From positions 15,068,001 through 15,132,000 of the forward strand of contig NW_024704743.1 in NCBI RefSeq assembly GCF_018977255.1: a DNA stretch of 64,000 nt, in the 5' to 3' direction. Position numbers and translations under genes: made by a program. This document shows positions 26,241-38,465 of the stretch, in pieces (position 1 is the stretch's first letter; every line of letters begins with the position of its first letter). This DNA is from Callorhinchus milii (lineage: Eukaryota). A model generated the notes under the pieces. The model had not been told where the DNA came from. It did not search any database and saw nothing but the letters and a program-made list of their open reading frames with translations.

Positions 26241-26769
26241 AATAATTGCAACAACTATTTGCAACAGCAAGTACAAACAGCCATCAGGTGAATGGCCAAT
26301 TAATCATCTCAAATATTGACACAGAATTTGAAACGTCTACCTGAATGTGCAGATGGGATTTTGGTCGAACATCTCATTTTTAAGACAGGACTTGCAACAA
26401 TGCAGCACTTCCTCAGAATGTTTGTTAGACTATGGACTTAACTCCTAACTTAAATCTCAAACCAGAACTTTCTGATCCAAAAACAATAATGCTACCAACT
26501 GAGTCAAGTTGAGTCCCAATTGTCAAACACTCCTCCTTCCTTTCACTGCCATATCTCTGAATCAATGAAAAGAATCCCATTTTGTGACTTTGACAAATAA
26601 TGTTGTGCCATAAGCACATCATTGAAAACCCCAAATCCTTCATTGACTTTCAGGTTGCTACATGCAAGAATCATTGTTTGAACGTGGAATAGAATTTTGT
26701 ACATCCACACACCTACAATAAATACAAATGTCATGATAGCACAGCCAGCATACCTCACTGGCAGGACTT

Positions 26770-28660
26770 TGATTGGGGAGGGTGGAGGGCATGGGGTGAA
26801 GAAGGATGATCAAAGGCACGGTCGAAGAGGATGTTTTGAAGGAGGCAAGGGAGAGGGCAAGGCGGAGGGACTGTAGGATGTAGTTCCAGAGTGTGGGGGC
26901 AGAATGCCTAAAGATCCGCCTGCCAATGGTGGAGCGGGCAAGGAGGGGGATGTGATGCAGGCTGCAGCCTGCTGAGTGGAGGAAGCGGGTAGGTTTGTAG
27001 AGGGTTAGGAGGTCACAGAGGTAAGGGGAGCAAGGCCATGGAGGGTTTTCAAGGTGAGGTCCAGAATCTTGAACTGTATTCTCTGTGGGATGGGAAGCCA
27101 GTGCAGTCGGGTGAGGATGAGGTGATAGGGTCATGGAGCCTGGTGTGGGAAAGGACATGGGCTGCAGAGTTCGGTATAATCTGCAGCCTATGGAGGGAGG
27201 AGTTGGGGAGGCCAACAAACAGGGAGTTTGCGTAGTCGAGCCTGGATGTTATGAATGTTTGCATGAGGGTCTCGGTGGCTTGCAGTGTGATACAGTAGCA
27301 CTGCCGGGTGATGTTGTAGCGGTGGGGAAAGGCAGAACCAGTCATGTCACGGATATGGGGTAGAAAGATTAGTTAAGAGTCAAACAAGATTCCAAAGTTC
27401 TGGACTGGCTCAGTGAGGTGGAGTGTGCATCTGTGGATGGTGATGTTGTCAGTGTCTGAGGACTGGAGTCGCTGACGGGAGCCAATCAGGAGAGCCTCGG
27501 TCTTGTTGACGTTCAACTGTAGAAAGTTAGCTCTCATCCAAGACTTGATGTCTGACAGACATTCTGTCAGGACAGCAGTGGTCCTGGAATCGAGGATGGA
27601 GGAAGAGAGATAGAGTTGGCTGTCATTCGCATACCCCATGTCTGCAAAGATATTGAAGAGTGGGGGGGGGACCAAGGTCAGAGCCCTGAGGAACGCCATA
27701 CAAGATGGTGCGAGGGCTAGAGGAGAAACCATTTGTGGAGATGAAGTGGATATGGCATGAGAGGTAGGATCTGAACCATTCATGGACAGAACCATGAAGG
27801 TTGAAGTGAGAGGAGAGGTGTTGGAGGAAGATTGAGTGGTCACGGTATTGAAGGCAGCAGAGAAATTAAGGAGGACGAGGAGGCAGAGGAAGGAGATGGA
27901 CAAAATGCCATTTTTCACTTTGACCAAAGCTGTTTGGAGGGACTTGTGATTGGAGGACTTGTGAACGGAGTGGCGGGAGAGGAAGGAGCAAAGATGGGAA
28001 GCAACGACTCATTCCAGCACCTTGGAAAGGAAGGTTGGAGATGGGGGAATTTGAGAGCAGGGATGGGTCCAGGGAGGGTTTTTTAAGGATAGGAATGATG
28101 ACAGATGTTTTTGAAGGGGTTGGAACAGTGCCAGTGGACTGTTATAGTAATGGTGAGAGAGAAGGGCGAGACAGGTTTGAAGGTGTGGAGGGAGGGATGG
28201 GTAGAGCCTGGGGTGTGGAATGTGATGGGGAGGTGGTAGGGTAGAGGCAGCTGAGCGGTGGGGGAAGGCAGAGGGGGTCATGACGCAGATGTGGGGTAGA
28301 AAGGATAGTCGAGGGTCAAACAAGACCTCAAGGTTCCGGACTGGCTTAGCAAGGTGGAATGTGCAACCATGGACGGTGATGCGGTCAGTGCCTGAGTTGT
28401 GGTGGCGCTAACGGGAGCCAATCAGTATGGCCTCGGTCTTGTTGACGTTCAACTGAAGAAAGTTACCTCTCATCCAGGACTTGATGTCTGACAGACATTC
28501 TGTCAGGACAGCAGTGGTCCTGGAGTCAAGGGTGGAGGCAGAGAGAGAGAGAGTTGGGTGTCATCCGCATACATGTGGAAGTTGACCCCAAGTCTGCAGA
28601 TAATGTCACCAAGAGAGAGCATATAGATATTGAAGAGGAGGGGACCAAAGACAGAGACAT
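26770..28660 (-). mobile_element. Tandem L2 LINE fragments
   Basis: DIKSWMRANFLQLNVNKTEALL and ITSRLDYANSL; the RT segment is present twice (27370-27700 and 28290-28660). Confidence 0.87.
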
Positions 28661-29399
28661 AGGTACAAAAAGGACCAATTCCTTGTAATAAACAGTTGAT
28701 GATAGTAAGTGGTATAATAATAAATATGCATCATAATATTAACTGCTTGCATTGAAACACTTGGTTGTACTCTTGAGAACTACACAATTAGTGATTACAG
28801 ATATTAGCTTTTCAAAACATTTTATTCTATCACGAGTCTTTACGTCACACACAAGTAGTTTATTATAGAGACAGCTCTGCTTCACATAATTAATTACAGT
28901 ATGTCCAGCACACAAGATGGTGAAGAAAATAACAAGAAAATGAAAACAATGAGATAATGACTCATAATCATTGAGAAAGAATGATTTTTCTTTTTTATCT
29001 TTCCCATATACAAACATTCTGAAGGTCCGTTTTTCATTATCAATTTAGTAATTTTCTTTTCTTTTATTTATATTTGATTTGAATATTTTTCACCCAGTTT
29101 CTGTTATTTTTTCCACCTTTTTGAATTCTCTCAGCACCATGTCACATTCCCAGCTGAGAGGCTGGCATCTGTTAATATTCTTCCTAAGCCAAGTACATGA
29201 AAAAAAACTGAGGTGAACTATAATAATAATAATCCTTGCATTTGATATAAAATCAACAAAATTACATTTGTATAGTGCCTTTCACATCAGGAGGATGTCA
29301 AGCGACTTATCATGTCGTTGAGACGTCTCAAAGAGCTCCACAGAATAATAATCCTTGCATTTGATCTAGCACCCCACCATGTCTTTGCAACGTCTTAAA

Positions 29400-29845
29400 C
29401 TGTTTCACAGAAAATACTGTAAAGTGAATTGACTGTATATTTTGGTGGGATTAGAAGTGAAAATCTTAAATAATAATAATAATTCTTGCATTTGATATAG
29501 CGCATCATCATTTCTTTTAGACATCCCAAAGCGCTTCACAGAATATACTGTGAAGTCAATTGACTGTATATTTTGTTGGTGAAATGTTGCAGCCAATTGC
29601 GCACAGCAGCGTCCCACAAGTCCCACAGTCGTAGGTTGAGTGACCAATTATTTTTTTGGGGGAAAAGATTATTACCCTCGGTAAGCGATCCACCAATCGA
29701 CTAACAACTAGGTTCCTACTTACTGCTAGGTAAACAAAGGTGTGTGGAGTAAGGAAACATGCCTAAAGTTTCTCCTTGCCCAGGAATCCAACATGGGACC
29801 TCTTGCTTGGGAGCAAGTGCTCTAACCAATATGTTACAGAACTAT
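29400..29845 (-). mobile_element. tRNA-SINE, long subfamily, with stacked tail fragments
   Basis: Reverse complement of the SINE consensus seen elsewhere in the window. Confidence 0.83.
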
Positions 29846-30640
29846 TCCCTTGTTACTTTCTCTTTCTCTGAGGGGCAGCTCATGCACTCTCAGTAATTCC
29901 CCTTAATGGTATAGCTGAGATCAAAATTCATTGTGCTGGGAATCAAAGATGGGGCCATTACTTTTTGTCATAATAATAATCCTTACATTTGATATAGATG
30001 TGCCTTTCCTGTTGTGAAGACAACAACAAAATACACTTGCATATTTCAAAGAGCTTCACAGCATGCAAATGCGTAATTATTCATGCGTAATAATTAATGG
30101 TTTGCCTGCAAAATAGAATGACTACACAATTTATTCTTCTAAACCTACCAAATTTAAAGATAACGTGCGTCTATTACGTTAACATCCAGGATTCTTGACA
30201 AAATGCTGTTAGTTTTTATTTCAACAACATTACACGTTTTAACAAATTCTGCACTCATCTTACAATAACAATCACATGAACAGTGCAATAAAATGCATAC
30301 TCAATATGCATAGATCATGTAAAATATCTGTATTTTATTGAACAGACAAATGCCCAATCTGCCTATTCAGGTAGTCATTAAAGATCCTTTGACACTATTC
30401 AAAAACAGAAGGGAGTTTGTCCTAGTGTCTTTGCCAACAAACCTTCACATAAATTTGTTACTTATTTCATATCTATTTGTGGGACATTGCTACTCTCAAT
30501 TTGGCTGCCGTTTTGGTCACTGTACTTTACAGTAAATCCTGTAAAGCACTTTAACACCGACAACAAATTACATTTGTATGCACCTTTCACCTCAGGAGGA
30601 TGTCCCAAGACATTTCAACAACGTGCTAGGCTGTATAAGG

Positions 30641-31010
30641 TGGAGTCCTATCGTTTATTGGTTAGTGCACTCGGTTTGTAAGCAAGAGACCTGGGTTAGA
30701 TTCCCAGGCAAGGCAAGACCTTAGGCAAATTTCCTTACTCCACATGCCTCTGTTTACTTAGCAGTAAGTAGGAACCCGGTTACTAGGTTGATTGGCGGAT
30801 CGGTTTTCCGGGGGGTAATAATTCAAAAAATTATAATAATTTGGTCATTTAATCCATGACTGTTTGTGGGACACCGCTGTGCGCAATTGGCTGCCGCATT
30901 TTGCCCTCAAAATATACTGTCAATTCACTTTACAATATATTCTGTGAAGCACTTTGAGATGTCTCCAAGACGTGATAAGGTGCTATATCAAATGCAATTA
31001 TTATTATTAT
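30641..31010 (+). mobile_element. tRNA-SINE, long subfamily
   Basis: Same architecture as the 51899 copy. Confidence 0.87.
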
Positions 31011-32884
31011 ATCAAGGATATTATCAATATATATCAATGTGCATATTGAAAAGCATGTCATATTCTGAGTGTTTTATATTTTCAGATATATCACATTTTT
31101 GTGCTAAGGAAATTAAATATTAAAAAATTATTCTATGAGAGGAACACCTTGTCAGCTTGGCTCAGTGGTAGCACTCTCAACAACAAATTACACTTGTATA
31201 GTTGAACTTACCTCTCGCCTGAGTCAGAAGGTTGTGGGTTCAAATCCCACTTTGGGACTTCAATTCACAGTCTAAACTGCCGCTGGGGTTTTGTTGCACT
31301 ATCGTAGGAGCCGTCCTTCGGATTAAACTGAGGTGCCGTCTGCTTGTTCAGGTAGCCATTAAAGATCCTATGGCACTACTGTCCTGGCCAACAATCTCTC
31401 AAATAAAATTTGTCACTTGTTTCATGCTGTTTGTGGGACATTATTGTATGCAACTGTGCTGTTACGTTTGCCTTCAAAGACACAGTCGTTCCATTTCAGT
31501 CACTTCTTGCCTAAAGGACAAAGGATTAATATACACTCGAGAAATTGAGTTTCCATTACAACAGAAAAGGGTAAGAAAATATCTCATTTTAAAAGATTTT
31601 GAGAGGATGAGAGTAAAAGATAATTCTGCAATTTATTAAATGTATAAATGGGCGTAAAATTAGAATTGTCACTGGAATATTAAATTATTGAGGAAATTAG
31701 TAGAAACTAAGAGTTATTACAATGTGGAGTTATTACAATACAATATTACCATAAGAAAATCACTTCCAAAATCCAACCGTCTCATACACCTCATCCCTCT
31801 TCAAAAACATTCCAACAAACTGTCTCATTGACTGTGTTTTGTTACCTCCCTCTTATGTCCCTGCTGTTGTTGCTGTTTGAGGCTACAATGACAGCAGCTT
31901 TTGAAGGAAATCAGACAAACTTTTCAAGAGAAATAATATAAAAGGAATTAGAATTGAAGTAGTTGGCTCTAGTAGATGAGCTAGCACCAATTTAGCCTCA
32001 ATAAGACAACTGATTTCCGCTAAGCCATACTTTTCTATGCTTTCTATGAAATTCAGAACTGAGACAGAGTTATTTAGCATTAAGAAATATTCAAACTGGT
32101 TCTCGTTGCAGTATTCATATAATTCTTCACAATGATAGCCTTGTTGACTATATGAATGCAGTCACTGACCCAGGACATTAAGACATACTACCATTCTATA
32201 TAATTTGTGCTTCAATTGGGCTTGGAATGGACACATCTGCAAAAGAATGAAATGATGAATGATCTTCTATGGTTCATTATTAACACCAGACCTGACAATG
32301 TTTTTCACACCAGACTAAAATAACTGTGAATAAATACAAGCTCTAATGAAAACGTGTTTAATAATGTGTGATGGAACATAAGTTCTCATTAACATTTGGA
32401 CAGGTTTGACTACAAAGTAGTCTGTACTTTGTAAAGTGGCGGACATTTGGCACTGATAAAATCTGATTAGATTTCAGGAGATTTATTAGTTTCCTTGTAC
32501 AATAGTCAGTCCTCTTGTTGTATAGCTTAAATTATTGCTGGTAATATGTTAAGGACCTCTAGTTAGTGCACAGTCACAAACATTATATAAATTAATAAAG
32601 TATTTAACTCCTGTAAGATGCTATATCTAGATGGTATTGTGGTCCTTCTCTGTGTAGGAATATACTATCCAATACACATACTAGGATAAAAACCTGGGAG
32701 CAAATTAAATGCAGGTCAGAAAACATTTCAGATGGCTGACATACATGGAAACCATCCCCATACTTAAGAATATCCAACCAGTCTAAGAGTTCCATGGAAT
32801 TTCCAAGAAAATTTCATGTCAGGAATGGAAGCACACTCTCTCCCTGTTGACTTAATTTCAGAGGATATTTGGCACAGGCTGACA

Positions 32885-33400
32885 AAACAAAACAACAAAA
32901 TTACATTTATAGAGCATCTTTCATGTTGGGAGGATGTCCCAAGGCGCTGGACAGTCAGGGATCAGAACCCAAGCATGGGGGAGGTGTGGGATAGAGGTGA
33001 GGGAAGGCAGAGAAGGGGAGGGTGACCGAAGGCACGATCAAAGAGGAGGGTCTTGAGACCGGCCTTGAAGGAGGCAAGGGAGGAAGCGAGGCGAAGGGAC
33101 AGTGAGAGTGTGGGGGCAGAGAGGCTGAAAGCTCGGCCACCGATAGTAGGACGGGTTGGGCGGGAGACATGGAGCAGACCAGAGCCTGCTGAATGGAGGG
33201 AGTGGGCAGGTTGGTAGGGAGTCAGCAGGTGAGAGAGGTAGGAGGGGGCAAGGCCATGAATGGCCTTGAAAGTGAGGACAAGGATCTTGAATTCGATCCT
33301 CTGAGGGATGGGGAGCCAGTGGAGTCGGGCGAGGAGGGAGTGATGGGGTCACGGAGCCTGGTGCGCAAGACTACACAAACTGCGGAGTTTTGGATGACCC
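32885..33400 (-). mobile_element. L2 3' end
   Basis: Reverse complement of the L2 3' ORF and (GTT)n tail. Confidence 0.85.
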
Positions 33401-33879
33401 AAGGTTTGGGGAACCAGAGCGTACATTAGGTATTGCTAGCGTTTAATCTGCTAAAACCACATAGTTTCCCATTGAAAGTGCTGTCTAGCAAGCTTCCCAC
33501 TGCGACTACCCTACTCATTAGGGGTTTGGCAGGCAGGATTCACAGGAGCTGTATGGGAGGAATCCTCCTCAGTGGCCGGTGGGCCCCTCCAAGTACGGCT
33601 GATGAGCCAAACTGGAGTACTTGGCACTTTTGAAATACTGAAACCAGTGGTTTTGTATAAAATTAACATTAATTCCTTTCTTATGTTCTGTCCCTCTGGA
33701 ATGTAAAGCCTGGGCTACCTGCACTGCTATATTCGGAGGCGTGTCCCCCTCAAATTCCTTTCATTAAGAAAAGAAACCCAAATAAATGTAACTCCGTGAG
33801 CCTCTCCTTATAAAGAAACTCATCTCTAAATCCCGTGCACAACCTTGTTAGCGCTCTGAGAGAAGAGGAGAGCAGCTGA

Positions 33880-35330
33880 GAACAGTCCGTCTGCACTGCC
33901 TGTGCACACCGTCTCCATGGTTACAGCAGACGCCACCAAGGTGGGCGCATGCGCAAGCATTTCACTTGGTCAGCGTGAAGCCCTCACCCTTTTAGTCGCC
34001 TCGAAAGAATGCCCGTCGAGCGTCCGAAATAGGAAACGTTTCGACTAACGCGCGGGTCGGCGACTTCTATTTCCCAATCCTCAAAGTTTGAACACTTCGA
34101 ATAGTTCGCGAAGGAACTCCGTGGAAATGAGTTACTCTGCGGCGTATCAGCGGGCAGTGCGACGGGCACCTCTGCGCCCCAGTCTAAGGACCGGGTTTGC
34201 CAGAAAATTGTAGCCTTAAAGTCGCACCAAACACGAGACCCCAAAGTAGCACAATGTTATGTATCGCCACCTGTGGGATAGCAGACTGGTCAAGTTAGGT
34301 TAGTGCTTTATGAAACAGTGAAAGGGAAAGTTCTTGAAGGGGAAAGAAAACTTTGGCAGATTTAAATGAAAACCGTTATTTCGCGCACAATGCAACAAAA
34401 ACCCGCCCAATTGGGGGCGTGAACCCGCCCAATGTAGCCAAACATTGCTGTGGTAGGACGTCAGACCAGGACCGCACTTTGTTTTGCAGAAGCCGCCTGT
34501 GTGTGTGTGCGTGCTCGAGAGCGAGCGGCGTGCGTGCCGTGCGTGCGTGCGTACGTAGGTCGGTCGGTGGCCTCGACCCAGTCTGTCGCTGCGTCAACGC
34601 GCAGTGAGCGCCGCTCGCTCGTGGGTAGCGGAGCCGGGACTGAGAGCGAGTGGTAACGGCGGGGATTTCTCCTCCTCTCTTTCTCTCACACACACACACA
34701 CGTTCCTCTCCTTTTGTTTTGGACGGCGAATTACCACAGCGACACATACACACAGTCAGTCAGTAAAGGGAAGGAGTTTGCCGGAACTTACTGTGGCGGC
34801 GACGGCGGTTTGTGCGTGTGTCTGTGTCACCGGGACTCGGCGCCAGTCTGGAAGAGTCTGGAAGGAGTGTGAAGAGGAAGAGGGGAGAGAGCCAGAGGCC
34901 TGGAGCCCAGTCCGGCGGGGGCGACGTTTGGAGCCGTAGCCGGGAAGGGTTAGGAGGGGGAACCCCCGCGGTGACTGTCACTGCCCCTCCCCGGCCTCCC
35001 GGGAGGTGCTGGTAAACTTTGAGGAGAGTCGTCTCGCCGAGCCCCGGGGGGGGGGGGGGGACGGGGGACATGGAGCCCGAGCACAGTCTGGAGTACTTCT
35101 TGGAGCAGGTGGCGCAGAAGGACGTTAGTCGGCGGCTGCAGGTCGGCCAGGAGCTGATCGATTACCTGAGCGACCCGGACAGGTCCAGCGACGTGGAGCA
35201 CGACCAGAAGCGGGCTCTGGAGGGCATCGTGGACGAGGTGGCCTGCTGGGTCAACTCCAGCAACTTCAAGGTAAAGTGACCCTGAGAGCCGGGGCCAGCC
35301 CGATGCTATCTACCGTCCGGCTTTCTGCAG
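33880..35330. promoter_or_regulatory. CpG island, promoter and 5' UTR region of CLASP2
   Basis: High CpG density. X-box-like GTCTCCATGGTTAC at 33911-33924, NRF1 palindrome GCGCATGCGC at 33945-33954, CTCF-like CGCCACCTGTGGG at 34265-34277, and twin GC-box/CCAAT AACCCGCCCAAT at 34400 and 34422. Confidence 0.8.
35070..35270 (+). CDS. CLASP2: CLASP2 coding exon 1 (TOG1 domain start)
   Basis: MEPEHSLEYFLEQVAQKDVSRRLQVGQELIDYL...WVNSSNFK is a CLASP N-terminus. The exon is 201 nt, phase 0, with donor AAG|gtaaag. CLASP2 rather than CLASP1 is favoured by the divergent position next to PDCD6IP and by exon-4 residues. Confidence 0.93.
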
Positions 35331-35334
35331 GCAG

Positions 35335-36147
35335 GGGGGCTGGTGATGGGGTGTGTGTGGGAGGGAGGGCTGGTGATGGGGTGTGTGTGGGAGGGAGGGC
35401 TGGTGATGGGGTGTGTGTGGGAGGGAGGGCTGGTGATGGGGGTGTGTGTGGGGGGGGGGGCTGGTGATGGGGTGTGTGTGGGAGGGGGGCTGGTGATGGG
35501 GTGTGTGTGGGGGGGGGCTGGTGATGGGGTGTGTGTGTGGGAGGGAGGGCTGGTGATGGGTGTGTGTGTGGGAGGAAGGGCTGGTGATGGGGTGTGTGTG
35601 TGGGAGGGCTGGTGATGGGGTGTGTGTGGAGGAGGGCTGGTGATGGGGTGTGTGTGGGGGTGAGGGCTGGTGAGGGGGGTGTGTGGGGGGTGGGAGGAAG
35701 GGCTGGTGATGGGGTGTGTGTGTGGGGGGGGGGAGGGCTGGTGATGGGGTGTGTGTGTGGGAGGGGGGGCTGGTGATGGGGTGTGTGTGGGGTGGGGGAG
35801 GGCTGGTGATGGGGTGTGTGTGTGGGAGGGCTGGTGATGGGGTGTGTGTGTGGGAGGGCTGGTGATGGGGTGTGTGTGGGAGGGCTGGTGATGGGGTGTG
35901 TGTGGGAGGGAGGGCTGGTGATGGGGTGTGTGTGTGGGGGGGGGGAGGGCTGGTGATGGGGTGTGTGTGTGGGGTGGGGAGGGCTGGTGATGGGGTGTGT
36001 GTGTGGGAGGGCTGGTGATGGGGTGTGTGTGTGGGAGGGGGGGCTGGTGATGGGGTGTGTGTGGGAGGGCTGGTGATGGGGTGTGTGTGGGAGGGCTGGT
36101 GATGGGGTGTGTGTGGGAGGAAGGGCTGGTGATGGGGTGGGAGGGCT
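35335..36147 (+). repeat. G/T-rich minisatellite, ~27-33-bp unit GGGCTGGTGATGGGGTGTGTGTGGGAG
   Basis: More than 25 tandem copies, starting ~65 nt downstream of the CLASP2 exon 1 donor. Confidence 0.97.
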
Positions 36148-38099
36148 CTCTCACACACACCATCCCCGGCAGTCCTACCTGCAGATTGATACTGTCGCTG
36201 GCGGGTAGGCACTGCTTACCTGTGGGATCAGCCCCTTCTCCCTCCCCCTCAACGTGCATCGTTGTAAATATTTTCATTTTCAACACGTGAATCAGTCACC
36301 AGCTGCGATTGCGGTCGCAACATGAAATTCCCGAGATTCAGCCAACAAATCTGGGAAATCCCTGAAGGCTGTTGGGCATACTTGTCCACGCTTGGTGCGA
36401 GCAAGTCCATGGGAGTAACAACTGGGGGTTTCTTCGCTGTACTTCCTGCGGCGTTTTCTCTTTTTTTAAAAAAAAAGGTTTCCACTGTGTCTGGGATGAT
36501 GGAGCGTTTTTTTCTGGTGCTTGTTATCACTGCTGCCGTATCACCTCTAACCCCCGACACAGTCCAGATTTCTGTCTGCTTTTAACAGCGATGTTTAAAA
36601 TGCTGCATTATGTGAATTTGAAATAGATCTTCGTTTGGTTCCTTCATCAAACACTACACTGTACTGCCAGGTTCATTAACTCTCTCTGGAGAGCTGCGTA
36701 AGACTATTTTGGCAACCTGGTTAGTGGAAGGTGGGGTCGGATAAATCGTCTCATAACAGCCTGGGTGTGTCCACAGAAAATGATGCGGGTGGGGAGAACA
36801 AATCCAACAGCTAAACTAGTTACAACTACGTTTCGTCCACAATTATATATTCTGTGAAGCGCTTTGAGACGTCTCGAAGACTTTTGATATTGTGTGATAA
36901 GTCGCTTTATCAGGTGCGAGGATTATTATTACAACATGATTCCCCATCTCCAGGCCCCGAATGGTGATTTCTTTTCTTCGTATGCCATTATTTTAAGAAA
37001 TAGAATGTTTTCATGTAGTTGCAGCTCGTTCCTTAATATGGTTAAATTGATTTTTCCACCAAATGATTTTTTTTACAAAACGTATTCATCAGATGTCTTT
37101 CTTATCTTACAAAAATGAAACAAAAAAAAGTCCAAGGGAGTTTTCCTTGATCACGGGTCCTTGAACCAATTTTCTCCCACCAAAATTATGTCTCACAACT
37201 TGCAGTCGACAAGAAAGATACAAATGGCTACATGTTTCTAAGTGTGTAATTCAAATGTTACAGAAATGACAATCATCTGTGCAATGGGCAGATATGATCT
37301 TGTACCAAGTTGAAATTGCACTGAAAGACTTGCTAAAGTTGAACAATTCATCAACTTTTTAATCAAAAGTTTTTCATAAGCTTTATCAACATTATTGTCT
37401 GAATGACAATGAATATGTACTTTTGCTATAAAGGTCGAAATGCTGATTATTTGTCCTTTGCTATGTTAAGTTCAATATTTGTTGATTAGTGTTGAATATT
37501 GTTCAATATTTAGTGTTTGATGTGGCATTTGTCCCATCTGCCTTGCAGTTGGGTGAAATGGAAGCAGTGCTTTCTCACAAGGATGCATAGCTTTAATGGA
37601 TTGTAGTGAGAGACACCTAAAGAAGACAAAACTTGGGTGGTTGAGTTTTTACTTGAACCTCTCCGTTGTTTAGCTTCATAATACTGTTGAGCCCTCAGAT
37701 GCTACCTGCGTGAAGGGTGCTGGATAACTGTTATACTTGTGCGTGGAATTCAAAAGTCTTCATTGCCATCTTCATAAATGTGTCCTTTATAATAATCTTT
37801 GCATGCTTACCCCCCACTCCACCACCTCCTGCCTCCGCTCAGATGGCTCTGGTCTCCTGTTCGTCCCTCGCCCCCTCCATCGATGACTGCTTTCAGCCAT
37901 TACGCCCCGAAGCTCTGGAACTCCCTCAATCCCTCTGCCTTGCCCTCTCCCCACTTTCAAATCCCACCTAAAGACCTTGCTTTTTGATCTTGCTTACAGT
38001 CACCTCCCCTCTCCCCCTGGCTCGGGTCAGACTCTACCACTGACAAGTGCTCCGGGATGCTACCCGAGTGAAGGCCACTATATAAATGCAAGTTGTTGT

Positions 38100-38465
38100 T
38101 GTTATCACTTCAACATGTCAAAGCGCTTCACAAGATTTATTGTAGTTTAGTGACTGCACTGCAGGTGAAAGCGACAGCCAATTTGTACACAACAGTGACC
38201 CACAAATGGCCAAGAAGTGAATGAGTAATTTCATCTGGGGGGTGGTTGGCCAGGGCACTGTGAGAAATTCCTTCTCTTTTTGAACAGTGATGTGGGATAT
38301 TTAACATCCACCTGAACTGGCAACAAGACTTTGGTTTAATGTCTCGTATGAAGCACAGTATCTCTGACAATGCAGTACTAACTCAGCACCGCCCTGGATT
38401 GTCAGCCTGGACTGTAGATTCAAAGTCATGATGTACGCTCAATGGCATGAGTGAGCCAGGCTGAG
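38100..38465 (-). mobile_element. Older tRNA-SINE (same family as 21795)
   Basis: Reverse complement of the 21795-type body. Confidence 0.68.

Larger units (their letters stand above)
21464..32236 (-). pseudogene. Candidate decayed multi-exon gene of unknown identity
   Basis: Non-repeat segments with AG acceptors followed by long frames: 31883-32236 (1 internal stop), 28739-29183 (2 stops), 26543-26712, 22852-23052 (clean 201-nt phase 0-0) and one starting at 21688 (phase 0). Confidence 0.35.

Noticed and set aside
33690..33860. Possible continuation of a first coding exon after the minus-strand ATG at 33918
   Set aside because: It reads like a degenerate CR1 3' ORF (YKERLTELHLF) and the ATG frame stops after 30 codons.
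35335..36147. CRISPR-like periodicity
   Set aside because: No unique spacers; this is a tandem repeat in a vertebrate intron.
35306..36286. 326-aa and 300-aa His/Pro/Thr ORFs
   Set aside because: Translations of the stop-free minisatellite.
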